A model generated the notes under the pieces. That model had not been told where the DNA came from. It made no database searches and was given only the letters and a program-made list of their open reading frames with translations. Both the position numbers and the translations under genes were made by a program. DNA of 60,139 nucleotides, counting the filler. It is 8 parts of 8 records of this genome, joined end to end, with 100 filler letters (N's around TTAATTAATTAA, not from the genome) between each part and the next. Parts side by side here need not be neighbours in the genome. Positions count along the whole stretch, not along the records: positions 15,588 to 25,696 come from SRR31147125_8978; positions 25,797 to 31,859 come from SRR31147125_9002; 6 more parts are not named here. The stretch is one strand, 5' to 3'. Position 1 is the first letter of the stretch, and every line of letters starts with the position of its first letter. Shown in pieces: positions 18,565 through 28,830 of the stretch.

Positions 18565-18635
18565 ATGTATATATTAGCATATTGGTAACTAAACCAGAAA
18601 CAAAAAGTGTTCTGCAAAGGAGGTACTCTCATATT

Positions 18636-19250
18636 TTAAATCATTTTTTCGATCTTTTTTTTACCAGCAGGTACTATTTCCGATTTACCAAGCGATACAC
18701 TGGTCATAAGCTTCTGCAGGTTTTCCTCACCGCCAGGTAAAGCGGCAAGGGCAACGTGTACCTTATCCGAAAACTGTACATCGTCCACCATAAATCCTGA
18801 ATCATTTAACAACTTCTCAGCCCTTGCCCACACATCATAAGTAAAGTCGGCTTCAAACGTGCTACATTCTATTACTTCGACTATCTGTGCAGCTTCAATG
18901 CACTGTGCTGCGCTGCTCGTATATGCACGGACAAGTCCGCCTGATCCAAGCAGCGTGCCGCCGAAATACCGTGTGCTTATAACGAGTACGTTCTCAAGTT
19001 CATTTTTATTTAATACGTCCAGCATGGGCAGCCCTGCAGTGCCCTGCGGCTCTCCGTCGTCGCTGTAGCGCATAACGCCGTTTTCGAGCACATAAGCATA
19101 GCAGTTGTGCGAAGCGTCATAATGCTGTCTCTTTCGCTGGGCGATTAGTTCAAGCGCATGCTCTTCGCTGTTTATCCGTGACGCAAGCCCGAGAAACTTT
19201 GATTTTTTTATTATTAAAGTACTTTGCGCAGTACCTTTTATAGTTTTCAT
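18636..19250 (-). CDS. yigZ: YigZ/IMPACT family protein
   Basis: Motifs [27 protein letters not shown] and TRYFGG.LLG.GGL.RAY. Confidence 0.93.
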   Translation of the reverse strand: MKTIKGTAQSTLIIKKSKFLGLASRINSEEHALELIAQRKRQHYDASHNCYAYVLENGVMRYSDDGEPQGTAGLPMLDVLNKNELENVLVISTRYFGGTLLGSGGLVRAYTSSAAQCIEAAQIVEVIECSTFEADFTYDVWARAEKLLNDSGFMVDDVQFSDKVHVALAALPGGEENLQKLMTSVSLGKSEIVPAGKKKIEKMI

Positions 19251-20461
19251 TTCAGAGCGACTTTGTGGAATGCCTTCTTGCCTTTTCTTATCATTATTTC
19301 GCCGTCTTTAAAAAGGTCTGCCGTAACGGTTAGGAATTCATCAGTTACTTTTTCATCGTTGACAGAAACGCCGCCCTGTTTTATCAGCCTTCGCCCTTCG
19401 CCTCTGGAGGATGTAAGTCCGCAGGTCTGCAAAAGATCAACAAGCAATAAGTCGTCTATGCTGTCTATTTCCGTTTCAGGTATAGAGCCGCCTTTGTCAG
19501 CTCCGCCGAAAAGCGTTTCTGCAGCTGCCTTTGCCTTCTTCGCTTCCTCTTCGCCGTGTACCTGCTTTGTTACTTCGTATGCAAGAACTCTTTTAGCCTC
19601 GTTTACCTTCTCTCCCTCAAGCGAAGAGAGTCTCTTTACTTCGTCCATTGGCAGGAACGTAAGAAGGCTGAGGCACGTCTTAACGTCAGCGTCATGCACA
19701 TTTCTCCAGTATTGATAAAACTCATACGGCGAGGTCTTTTCGGCATCCAGCCACACAGCGCCCTTTTCGGTTTTGCCCATCTTCTTGCCTTCACTGTTAA
19801 GCAGTAAAGAGAACGTCATGCCAAAAGCCGGCTTTGATTCTTTTCTTCGTATGAGGTCAGCGCCCATAAGTATGTTAGACCACTGGTCGTCTCCGCCCAG
19901 CTGAAGTGAACAACCGTATTCCTTGAACAACACTAGGAAGTCGTACGACTGCATTAGCATATAGTTAAACTCAAGGAAGCTGAGTCCCTTTTCCAGTCTG
20001 GATTTAAAGCACTCTGCCGTAAGCATGCGGTTTACCGAGAAATGTGCTCCTATGTCACGCAGAAACTCGATATAATTCAGCTTAAGCAGCCAGTCCGCAT
20101 TGTTTACCATTATTGCTTTTCCGGGCGAGAAATCGAGGAACCTGCCTATCTGCTTTTTGAAACAGTCTGCGTTCTGCTGGATAATCTCTTCCGTCATCAT
20201 CTTTCGCATATCAGTTCTGCCGGACGGATCACCGACCATGGCTGTACCTCCGCCGATCAGCGCAACAGGTTTATGACCATGCTGCTGCATATGAGACATA
20301 GCCATAAGCTGAACATAGTGCCCTACGTGCAGGCTGTCTGCGGTAGGATCGAATCCTATATAAAAAGTCACGCTCTCGCTGCCAAGCTGTTCTCTTAGCC
20401 CCTCGTGCGTAATTTGTTTTAAAAACCCTCTTTCTTCTAATACGTCGTATACGTTGGTCAT
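19247..20461 (-). CDS. tyrS: Tyrosine--tRNA ligase
   Basis: Motifs [29 protein letters not shown] and a C-terminal S4 domain. RBS AAGGAG precedes ATG 20461. Confidence 0.97.
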   Translation of the reverse strand: MTNVYDVLEERGFLKQITHEGLREQLGSESVTFYIGFDPTADSLHVGHYVQLMAMSHMQQHGHKPVALIGGGTAMVGDPSGRTDMRKMMTEEIIQQNADCFKKQIGRFLDFSPGKAIMVNNADWLLKLNYIEFLRDIGAHFSVNRMLTAECFKSRLEKGLSFLEFNYMLMQSYDFLVLFKEYGCSLQLGGDDQWSNILMGADLIRRKESKPAFGMTFSLLLNSEGKKMGKTEKGAVWLDAEKTSPYEFYQYWRNVHDADVKTCLSLLTFLPMDEVKRLSSLEGEKVNEAKRVLAYEVTKQVHGEEEAKKAKAAAETLFGGADKGGSIPETEIDSIDDLLLVDLLQTCGLTSSRGEGRRLIKQGGVSVNDEKVTDEFLTVTADLFKDGEIMIRKGKKAFHKVALK

Positions 20462-20705
20462 ACAAAACTCCTTATGATTGATACTAAAGATTATAGCTAA
20501 AAAACTGCCTGAGCGCAATTATCATTTAGCATATGCTGGGTTAAGTCATCCAAAAGATTAAGGACAGAAGCTGTATTTTTAATGCTGTAGTATAATATAA
20601 TATAGGTTTTAAAGTATACTCATACATTTTTTTGCGTAAAATTATGCCTCAAATGTAGAAATTAAACGCAATATATGCAAAACAAGGCGGTTTTATACTA
20701 TAAAA

Positions 20706-20733
20706 GAAGGAAAAACCCTTCTTGATAGCGAAC
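20706..20733 (+). promoter_or_regulatory. Putative sigma-H promoter of spoVG
   Basis: GAAGGAAAA-12 nt-AGCGAAC versus the consensus RNAGGAWWW-n11/12-RNNGAAT. spoVG is a classic sigma-H target. Confidence 0.55.
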
Positions 20734-20773
20734 TTTACATTGTCCCACACCGATGATGCTAGGAGGTTCTCTA

Positions 20774-21058
20774 ATGGAAATCACGGACATTAGAATTAGA
20801 AGGATTGAAACAATGGGCAAGTTAAAAGCAGTGGTTTCTGTGACGTTTGATGACATGTTTGTTGTACACGACATGAAAATTATCGAAGGACAGGAAGGCT
20901 TTTTTGTTGCTATGCCTTCAAGACGAACACCAAGCGGAGAGTATAAGGATATAGCGCACCCAATAAATTCATCAGCAAGAGCAATGGTCCAAAATGCTAT
21001 CCTCGAGATGTTTGAACAACTGCCCGAAGAAGAAACTTACGCTACTCTGCAAAAATAA
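20774..21058 (+). CDS. spoVG: Septation regulator SpoVG
   Basis: MEITDIRIR...FVVHD.KII.G..G.FVAMPS...[10 protein letters not shown], with RBS AGGAGG. Confidence 0.96.
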   Translation: MEITDIRIRRIETMGKLKAVVSVTFDDMFVVHDMKIIEGQEGFFVAMPSRRTPSGEYKDIAHPINSSARAMVQNAILEMFEQLPEEETYATLQK

Positions 21059-21067
21059 TATGCGGAC

Positions 21068-21103
21068 AAAAAAGCCCGGGAGTTTTTGTCCGGGCCTTTT
21101 TTG
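21068..21103. terminator. Bidirectional intrinsic terminator
   Basis: AAAAAAGCCCGG...CCGGGCCTTTTTT. Confidence 0.75.
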
Positions 21104-21129
21104 ATATGTCTTTTATTTTTTATTTTTAT

Positions 21130-22218
21130 TTATTTAATTTTTGCAAAAATCATTCTGCCTGCCGCTGTTTGAAGAACACTTGTTACAATAACATCTGTCG
21201 GCTTGTTGTGCTCGCTGCTTTTTCCGCCTTCTACAACTATCATAGTTCCGTCGTCAAGGTACGCTACGCCCTGCCCTGGTTCTTTTCCGTCTTTAACTAT
21301 CGTGACAACCATCTCTTCACCTGGAAGAACAACGGGTTTAACTGCGTTTGCAAGTTCGTTTATATTGAATACGCTGACGTTTTTAACAGCAGCGACTTTA
21401 TTTAAGTTATAGTCGTTGGTAACTACTATTCCGCCCATTTCTTTAGCAAGTGTAAGAAGTTTAGAATCGACATCTGCTGTATCTATCGTAGAGCTCCTAA
21501 CAATATTCACAGGAAGGTCAAGCTCGGTCTGTATCCTCTTTAATACATCAAGCCCACGCCTTCCCCTGTTTCTCTTAAGATCATCGGAAGAATCGGCAAT
21601 GTGTCTTAATTCATCAAGCACAAATTCAGGGATCACAATTGCTCCCTCTATAATACCTGTCTGGCATATATCAAATATACGACCGTCGATTATAACGCTT
21701 GTATCAAGAAGCTTTGGTCTTGCAGTATCTTCCGGCCTTTTTTCATCATCCTTGCCTCTTCTCGAAAACAGAGAGCCAAGGGATGACGGTCTGTGCCTTA
21801 TAAAAATAGTTACGCCAAGATAAGAGCAGATGATATATATAATAACGTTGATAAGGCTGGCAAGCCAGGGAAGCCAGCTTTCTATTATACCGCTGATCAG
21901 CGAGGAAATAAGCAAAGCCACAACAAGGCCGATAATAAGGCCAAACATTCCGGGTATAACGATGTTTGAAGGAAGCTTAGATATTTTTTTGTCCGCTTCT
22001 CCGGCAGACTTAAAAACGAGCGCTACTAAAGGTTTTGATATGAATATAAAAAGTACTCCGGTTACCAGAGCGGAGCCTGCATAAGCTGCAAAGACCCAAA
22101 TATCCAGCAACGGTAAAAAACCAGCTTTTTCAAGTATATCTAAAATAAGAGCTACTATACCGGGCCCTACAAAGAAGCCTACCAAAACGATGAAAAACCT
22201 TGCTATTTTTTTGCCCAT
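21130..22218 (-). CDS. PIN/TRAM domain membrane protein (YacL family)
   Basis: N-terminal TM segments and motifs LDTSVIIDGRI, RGRRGLD, TNDYNLNKVA, QGVAYLDDGTMIVVE and LQTAAGRMIFAK. Confidence 0.93.
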   Translation of the reverse strand: MGKKIARFFIVLVGFFVGPGIVALILDILEKAGFLPLLDIWVFAAYAGSALVTGVLFIFISKPLVALVFKSAGEADKKISKLPSNIVIPGMFGLIIGLVVALLISSLISGIIESWLPWLASLINVIIYIICSYLGVTIFIRHRPSSLGSLFSRRGKDDEKRPEDTARPKLLDTSVIIDGRIFDICQTGIIEGAIVIPEFVLDELRHIADSSDDLKRNRGRRGLDVLKRIQTELDLPVNIVRSSTIDTADVDSKLLTLAKEMGGIVVTNDYNLNKVAAVKNVSVFNINELANAVKPVVLPGEEMVVTIVKDGKEPGQGVAYLDDGTMIVVEGGKSSEHNKPTDVIVTSVLQTAAGRMIFAKIK

Positions 22219-22297
22219 TATCCACCTCAAAAAGCGTATAGTATTATTAAATGGTACTGAAAAAATATTCTAAAAACAACCTAAGGAAAAATCGGTG

Positions 22298-22774
22298 TTA
22301 GACAATCTGAGTAATAATATCTCTCACTTCTTCGTCTTTTTTATTGCTGGCAGCAGCGAGTTCGGAAACTAGTATCTGCATAGATGTGCCAAGCATTTTT
22401 TTCTCGCTGGACGAGAGATTTTTGGTAGCTTCTCTCTTTAGCAAACTCTTTATAACCGACGCAATTTCAAAAACGTCTCCAGATTTCATTTTCTCTAAAT
22501 TTTCACGATTTCTGCGATTCCAGTTAGAAGACTCTTCTTCGTCTGTATCATCTTTAAATGAAGCTATAACCCTGTTATATTCATCACAAGAAATAATCTC
22601 TCTAAGGCCTGCTTTTTCTGCGTTCTGCACAGGAACATGCACTTTTATATCCCCATCAGTAAACCTGAGTACATAATAGCTTCTTATTTCGTCCAAAAAC
22701 ATCTTTTCTTCGATTGCTTCGATTATACCTGCCCCGTGCATCGGATAAGATATTTTGTCACCTTCATTAAACAT
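22298..22774 (-). CDS. carD: CarD family transcriptional regulator
   Basis: GD...YPMHGAG.I..IE and NWNRR; the usual carD-yacL order. Confidence 0.92.
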   Translation of the reverse strand: MFNEGDKISYPMHGAGIIEAIEEKMFLDEIRSYYVLRFTDGDIKVHVPVQNAEKAGLREIISCDEYNRVIASFKDDTDEEESSNWNRRNRENLEKMKSGDVFEIASVIKSLLKREATKNLSSSEKKMLGTSMQILVSELAAASNKKDEEVRDIITQIV

Positions 22775-23059
22775 TGTTTCCTCCTACTCTTACTATATAT
22801 GATAGCAGTGTAAGGGTACTTTGTCAAACAGGACAGCGTCAGTCTATACACAGTTTTTTTGTTCTTAAGAGAGAGTTTTTGAAAATATTTGTTCATATTT
22901 GAAAGCATAATAATGAGGATTAGCAGGTATTTTTTAAAGCTGCCTTGCTCACTTTGTTTATTTGGAAATTTACCCTATAATTCAGTCAAAGAAATTTTAC
23001 ATCTTGCAGAGGTTATCTAACGAAAAATATGATACAATTAGCTTTAAAGAGGTGAGCAG

Positions 23060-23503
23060 ATGTTATACGAAGCTTTTGCACTGTCTTTAAGATACTGGTT
23101 TATAATAGTGATCGTGATAGTGCTGCTTGGCTCTGTTGGTATTTCAATAAGAGAATACAGGCAAAAACATTTTGTTCTCAGCCTTGCCCATTCAAGCATA
23201 GGCTATTTGAGCGTGCTTTCAGGACCGGACGAGGTACTTGGTGAAAATCTGCAGCTCATGAAACAGAACACCATTGGAAGGTCACGCCGTGTCGATATAA
23301 TGCTGCGTGACAGGAGCATAGACAAAGCTCATTGTCTTATATATAAAGACGAAAGCGGCGATGTTTGTATCAGCCGCATAACAAAAGGTGACATCACCAT
23401 AAACGGAGCAGTGCTGGAGGACAGCGCTATAGTATTTACAGGAGATATCATATGCTTAGGCAACGTTGTCACAGAGCTGCACGTTAAAGAGGAAGAGGAC
23501 TAA
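23060..23503 (+). CDS. Membrane-anchored FHA domain protein (FhaB/FipA-like)
   Basis: N-terminal TM segment and IGR...DI.L.D....H...ING....GD.I.LG; first gene of an FHA-rodA-pbp cluster. Confidence 0.8.
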   Translation: MLYEAFALSLRYWFIIVIVIVLLGSVGISIREYRQKHFVLSLAHSSIGYLSVLSGPDEVLGENLQLMKQNTIGRSRRVDIMLRDRSIDKAHCLIYKDESGDVCISRITKGDITINGAVLEDSAIVFTGDIICLGNVVTELHVKEEED

Positions 23504-24753
23504 TGGTATTAGAGAGAAGGGGCGCAGGCGCACTAATAACCTTTACAATGCTGTTTACGCTGTCGGCGTGCATACTGCTTTCTTTCATGGACTCCGGTTT
23601 CAACATCGGTATGGTGATATTCGGAGTGGGGGAGAGCCTTCTTATACTTGTTTCATATAACCTGATAGCTAAAATATTCAGGCACATAGACAGGCTTACT
23701 CTTGTTATATGCTTTTTCCTTGTCAGCATCGGTCTTGTGCTTCTGGCAAGGCTGAATTTTGAAACTGCTATGAAACAGCTTCTCTGGTTTGCGATAGGTA
23801 TAGCGGCTCTTATAATAACAGTAGTCATAATAAGAAGCGCATACGACTTCGGAAAGCTAAACTATATCTTTATGGCTGCCTCGTTCGGCTTGCTTGCTTT
23901 TGCGTTTCTGCTTGGGGATTCCATAGGCGGCGCTAAGAACTGGGTAAAGATCGGCCCCGTTTCGTTCCAGCCAAGTGAGATATCCAAGGTGCTGTTCATA
24001 ATAACCTCTGCGTTTTTCTTTGCCCAGAAAAGAAGCAAGTTCGGTTCGGTTATATATGCGTTATACGTGGGCGCATGCGTTATTCTTCTTGTTTTGGCAA
24101 ATGACCTCGGCGCAGTTCTGCTTTATGCAGGCACCTTCCTGATCGTATTTTTTGCAGGCACGGGACGCACGCTGCTGACATTGATCGGGATAGGCGTATC
24201 TGGTGCAGGCGCAGTTGCAAGCTATTACGTTATACCGCACGTGAAAACCCGGGTGATGATATGGCAGGATCCTTGGAGCTATTACCAGAACCAGGGTTAC
24301 CAGATTGTCCAGGGGTTGATGGCTATAGCGGCAGGCGGAGCATTCGGCGCTGGCCTTGGCCTCGGATATCCGGAGGCGATACCCGTAAATACCAGCGACT
24401 ATATATTTGCTGTGATATGCGAAGAGTTCGGAATCATGTTCGGAATAATAACTATTCTTCTTTACCTGGTATTCATCATCCGTGGAATGATAATAGCAAG
24501 AAGCGCAGCATCAAGGTTTGATGCGCTGCTGGTTTTCGGGGCAACGTGTATGCTGTCTCTCCAGTCTTTCATAATAATAGCAGGAGTTATAAAGCTTATT
24601 CCGCTTACGGGAATAACGCTTCCTTTCATAAGCGCAGGAGGTAGCTCGCTTATTGCCTGCCTGTGCCTTGTCGGTATAATCGAAGGCGTTGCAGTAAAGA
24701 ACGGGCAGCGTGATGAAAACGAAATTGTTAGCGCCGGAGGAGAAGTAATATGA
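23503..24753 (+). CDS. FtsW/RodA/SpoVE family SEDS protein
   Basis: Motifs GAKNW, FQPSE..K, DLG, GYQ..Q, DYIF..I.EE.G and PLTGITLPFIS.GGSS. Confidence 0.94.
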   Translation: MVLERRGAGALITFTMLFTLSACILLSFMDSGFNIGMVIFGVGESLLILVSYNLIAKIFRHIDRLTLVICFFLVSIGLVLLARLNFETAMKQLLWFAIGIAALIITVVIIRSAYDFGKLNYIFMAASFGLLAFAFLLGDSIGGAKNWVKIGPVSFQPSEISKVLFIITSAFFFAQKRSKFGSVIYALYVGACVILLVLANDLGAVLLYAGTFLIVFFAGTGRTLLTLIGIGVSGAGAVASYYVIPHVKTRVMIWQDPWSYYQNQGYQIVQGLMAIAAGGAFGAGLGLGYPEAIPVNTSDYIFAVICEEFGIMFGIITILLYLVFIIRGMIIARSAASRFDALLVFGATCMLSLQSFIIIAGVIKLIPLTGITLPFISAGGSSLIACLCLVGIIEGVAVKNGQRDENEIVSAGGEVI

Positions 24754-25696
24754 AAAACGTCCTTCGTAGAAACATAATGATACTTCTCATATTTTTCGTG
24801 GTACTCTTCACGGCGCTTATATTATACCTTGGCTACGTTACACTGACTTTTGGAGAAAGGTGGTTTGTAACTCCGTACAATCCAAGGATATACAACATGC
24901 AGACGACCATAGACCCGGGCAACATATACGACCGTGCCGGAAGAGAGCTTTTGTATACAAGTGACGGAGAAAGAAAGTACATATCCGACAAAGAGCGGCG
25001 CATCGCAACGGCGCATATAGTAGGCGACAGCAACGGCATGACCTACGGAGCACAGACGTTTTTTGCAAAACAGCTCTATGGCTTCGACGGCAGCACGTTT
25101 GAAAGGATAGAAGACTTGGTTACGGGAGCGGAGCGCAAAGGCAACGACATCACACTGACCATAGATGCAAAGCTCTGTGAAACTGCACTTGAAGCTCTTG
25201 GAGATTACGATGGCGCCGTAGTTGTAATGGATTATAAAACAGGTGAGATACTTGCAAGCGTATCGAAGCCGACGTTCGACCCTGCCGACATGTCGTTATT
25301 CCTTGAGGGCGGCGGAGAGAGCGAACTTGTAAATCGTGCATTCGTTGGTCAGTATCCGCCGGGCAGCATATTCAAACTGATAACAGCCGCTGCCATGATG
25401 AATGATGATATGGAAGACTTTACTATAGACTGCAAAGGAAGCGTTAAAATAGGGGACGAAGAGATTACCTGCTGGAGCGAGCACGGACACATAGATCTTG
25501 CCGGCGCAATAGAACATTCATGCAATGTCTATTTTGCTGAGGCTTCAAGGGTTCTTGGCACACGTAAGATAGAAGCAGCGGCGGAAGACTTCATGTTCAA
25601 CAAAGAGCTTTTATTCGATGACGTTATAATGGGCAGAAGCACGTATGAAACTACGAACAATCAAGTAGACCTTGCGTGGTCGTCCATAGGGCAGTA
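24750..25696 (+). CDS. Class B penicillin-binding protein (PbpA-like), 3' truncated
   Basis: TM anchor, LTID, TGEILA.VS.P, PPGSIFK (SxxK) and SCN (SxN). Confidence 0.92.
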
Positions 25697-25796
25697 NNNN
25701 NNNNNNNNNNNNNNNNNNNNNNNNNNNNNNNNNNNNNNNNTTAATTAATTAANNNNNNNNNNNNNNNNNNNNNNNNNNNNNNNNNNNNNNNNNNNN
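25697..25796. other. Artificial contig spacer
   Basis: N44-TTAATTAATTAA-N44. Confidence 0.98.
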
Positions 25797-26452
25797 TGGT
25801 AAAGAAAATGTTCTTCGTTTTGAATGGTTTCAGGTGTTGCCGGTTTTAGCGAACCGCCGGCTTTTATATGAAGGTGGTGACGGCCAAGACCATCAACACG
25901 GTTTATGTAATCGAAAACTCCAAGCTCTTCGGTTGTTGGTTCAATCATAACAGCTGTGGCTGCATCGCCAAAAAGAGGGCAGGTACTTCTGTCGCTGTAA
26001 TTTACAATCGACGACATTTTTTCGGCAGCAACAATAACTACTTTCTTATAACGACCCGATTCAATAAATTGGGTTGCAGTTGCCAATGCAAAAATAAATC
26101 CCGAACAAGCGGCATTTAAATCAAAACTCCATGCATTATGAATTTTGGCTTTGTGCGCAATAATATTTGCTGTAGCCGGAAGATGCATGTCGGGAGTGAT
26201 AGTTGCACAAATCAACATATCAACTTCGTCGGGAGTAGTGCCGGTTTTTTCGAAGAGATTTTGAACTGCCCAGGCACCCATGTCGCTGGTCGCTTTTCCA
26301 TCTCCTTTTAATATCCTTCGTTCTTTAATGCCAATGCGTTGCATTATCCATTCATCCGAAGTGTCAACCATTGTACTAATTTCATCGTTTGTTAAACGAT
26401 ATTCGGGCAGATACGCACCAATTCCGGTAATAGCAGCTTTAATGTTAGCCAT
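25797..26452 (-). CDS. fabH: 3-oxoacyl-ACP synthase III (3' truncated)
   Basis: Motifs DTSDEWI..R.GI.ERR, DLNAACSGF and LFGD.A. Confidence 0.95.
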
Positions 26453-26658
26453 TGTTCAAATAAATTCTTCTTGTTCTGTTGTGGTTTTTATTAAAAATCG
26501 GGGTTGAAGATAGAGCGATTTGTAACTAAGAACAAAGAATAAGCTTCAGATTCGAAGCTGAATCGTTGATTCTTTAAGTCCTTCGATGAACAATTAATAA
26601 CCTTGTTCGAAAATTTAAAAAAATCTGGGATTGTTTGGGATGAAAGATTAAAGGCAAA

Positions 26659-26697
26659 AAAATTCCACCTCCGGAATAATCCAAAGGTGGAATTTTT
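26659..26697 (-). terminator. Terminator-like hairpin downstream of rpmF
   Basis: AAAATTCCACCT...AGGTGGAATTTT. Confidence 0.65.
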
Positions 26698-26737
26698 AAC
26701 TATAAGAACGCCCGACTATGTCGGTACTGATAGTGTC

Positions 26738-26923
26738 TTAAACTGCAATGTCTTTTTCAATTACTTGCTTTCCTCTGTAGTAACCACATTCTGGACAAAC
26801 AGTATGGTATTTAACAGTAGTTCCGCAGTTTGAACAAGCAGCAAGAGTAGGGGCAGTAGCTTTATAGTGCGTACGTCTTTTATCCCTTCTCGATTTCGAA
26901 ATTTTATGCTTCGGATGTGCCAT
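26738..26923 (-). CDS. rpmF: 50S ribosomal protein bL32 (Zn-ribbon type)
   Basis: MAHPK.K.SK.RRDKRRTH, CxxC...CxxC and GYYRG. Confidence 0.97.
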   Translation of the reverse strand: MAHPKHKISKSRRDKRRTHYKATAPTLAACSNCGTTVKYHTVCPECGYYRGKQVIEKDIAV

Positions 26924-26934
26924 TTTTATATATT

Positions 26935-27501
26935 TTAATTATTATTTTTTAAGTTTTTTAATGCAGCCCAGCGAGGATCTATTTCATCTTCTTCGTTTTC
27001 GTCTTCTACTTCGGCATGCGAATAGTTATCTAATCTCTCCAGCATTTCCGGATTACAACTGTTTCCTCCGGTTTCGTTCGGATGTACATGTTTTAACGGA
27101 ATGCTTAATTCAATATATTCATAAATAATCTGGGTCAGGTTAATGGCGTGGTCTTCGGGTAAAACCCAAATTACATTATCGCCATCATCGAACTCTTTTT
27201 CTTCGCCAAACTTTACAAATAGCTCGGTTTCAAGTTCAATACCTTGTTGGTACTGTTCTAAACAGCGGTCGCAGGTAAGTTCAAGCCAGCCGGTAAAATC
27301 GAAAATTAGCTTCAAAAAAGCACTTCGTTTTTCCAACTTAACGTTCACCTTTACCTCTCCAACGTTTACGAGGCCCTCGTTATAATGTTCAAAGAACTTA
27401 TCGTCTACTTCAAATTCGTATTCGTGAAGGCCTTCTTTAAGGCCTTTAAACTCAATGTTATATTTTGATGTCCAGCTCACGATTCGAAAAAAGTGACGCA
27501 A
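26935..27501 (-). CDS. yceD: YceD/DUF177 family protein
   Basis: Motifs CDRCL and DPRW..LK.L, directly upstream of rpmF. The exact start is uncertain. Confidence 0.9.
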   Translation of the reverse strand: MRHFFRIVSWTSKYNIEFKGLKEGLHEYEFEVDDKFFEHYNEGLVNVGEVKVNVKLEKRSAFLKLIFDFTGWLELTCDRCLEQYQQGIELETELFVKFGEEKEFDDGDNVIWVLPEDHAINLTQIIYEYIELSIPLKHVHPNETGGNSCNPEMLERLDNYSHAEVEDENEEDEIDPRWAALKNLKNNN

Positions 27502-27598
27502 AAGTATAAATTTTTTATTAACAGTTGAAATAAACTTAGAATTATTTCGGAAATGATTTAAAATGAAGCAGAAAAGAGGAGTATTTGGAATAAATTTT

Positions 27599-28780
27599 TT
27601 ATTTATTCAACACAATTCTGAAGGTTGTTCCCTTTCCAATTTCCGACCATTTAATGAAAATTTTGCCGCTGTGGTAAATTTCAATAATACGTTTCGCCAG
27701 TGAAAGTCCCAGCCCCCAACCTCGTTTTTTCGTAGAATACCCGGGTTGGAATATGCTTTTCTGATTGGTTTTAGCCACACCGCAACCGGTATCGGTAATG
27801 TCAATCAGAACCTGATCGTCTTTTTCATTCACATTAATAGTTATCGATCCGTCGTTTCCCATTGCGTCGATGGCATTTTTACAGATATTCTCGATTACCC
27901 ACGAAAAAAGTGCAGCATTTAATGGAATATAAATTTCGTTGTCGGATTTGTACGAAGTGATAAACTGAACTCTGCTTGACGAGCGTCTTTTTAAATAACT
28001 AACAGCAGAATTAAGTGTTTCTACCAGGTTTTGTTTTATTAATTCCGGTTTCGAGCCAATTTTAGAAAAACGTTCAGTAATACGTTCCAGGCGTTTGGTA
28101 TCCTGTTCAAGTTCTTTAATCAGGCTTTCGTCAACATCTTTTAGTTTCAGTAGTTCAATCCATGCCATCAGCGACGAAATTGGGGTGCCCAACTGGTGAG
28201 CTGTTTCTTTCGACATTCCTACCCAAACCTGGTTTTGCTCGGCACGATTAGTTGCATTAAAAGCAAAATACGCCACCAGAATAAATATTAATATAACTGC
28301 AATTTGTACAATTGGATACCAGCGTAGATTCCGTAATATGGAGGATTCGTGATGGTACAGTTGTAAAATATTATCTTCCGAAAGTTCAATAAGAAATGGT
28401 TCTGAATACTCTTTCATCTTCTCTAACTCTCTCGAAAGAACTTCATCGCGGCGTTCTTCTTTGTAATCAATATTATTAGCGGTGTTAAACGAGCCGTCGG
28501 GATTGACAATAATAATTGGAATGGTAGTGTTTTGCTCGGTTACCATGGTTAAAATGTTCAGGAACCGCGAGTTTAAGTTGACATAATCAGGATCTTGAGA
28601 ACTAATATCGGGAGTACTTAATTCTTTTATTGCCTCTGCCCACAGACGAACCTTATTGCGTTCTTCCTGCTGCATTTTATTGGTAAGCCAATCGGTGTAA
28701 AACAGCGATGCAAGGCCAATCATAACAGCAGCAATTAACAGTATAATTTTCCCCCGACGTCTCTTTTGATAAATGTCCAA
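27599..28780 (-). CDS. Sensor histidine kinase (orphan)
   Basis: Two TM segments, ETAHQLGTP H-box, ENICKNAIDA N-box, D.G.G and GWGLGLSL. Confidence 0.92.
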   Translation of the reverse strand: MDIYQKRRRGKIILLIAAVMIGLASLFYTDWLTNKMQQEERNKVRLWAEAIKELSTPDISSQDPDYVNLNSRFLNILTMVTEQNTTIPIIIVNPDGSFNTANNIDYKEERRDEVLSRELEKMKEYSEPFLIELSEDNILQLYHHESSILRNLRWYPIVQIAVILIFILVAYFAFNATNRAEQNQVWVGMSKETAHQLGTPISSLMAWIELLKLKDVDESLIKELEQDTKRLERITERFSKIGSKPELIKQNLVETLNSAVSYLKRRSSSRVQFITSYKSDNEIYIPLNAALFSWVIENICKNAIDAMGNDGSITINVNEKDDQVLIDITDTGCGVAKTNQKSIFQPGYSTKKRGWGLGLSLAKRIIEIYHSGKIFIKWSEIGKGTTFRIVLNK

Positions 28781-28830
28781 TGCAATTGATTTTTAAAGTA
28801 CAATATTGAAACGGCTGTTTCCGAAAAATA

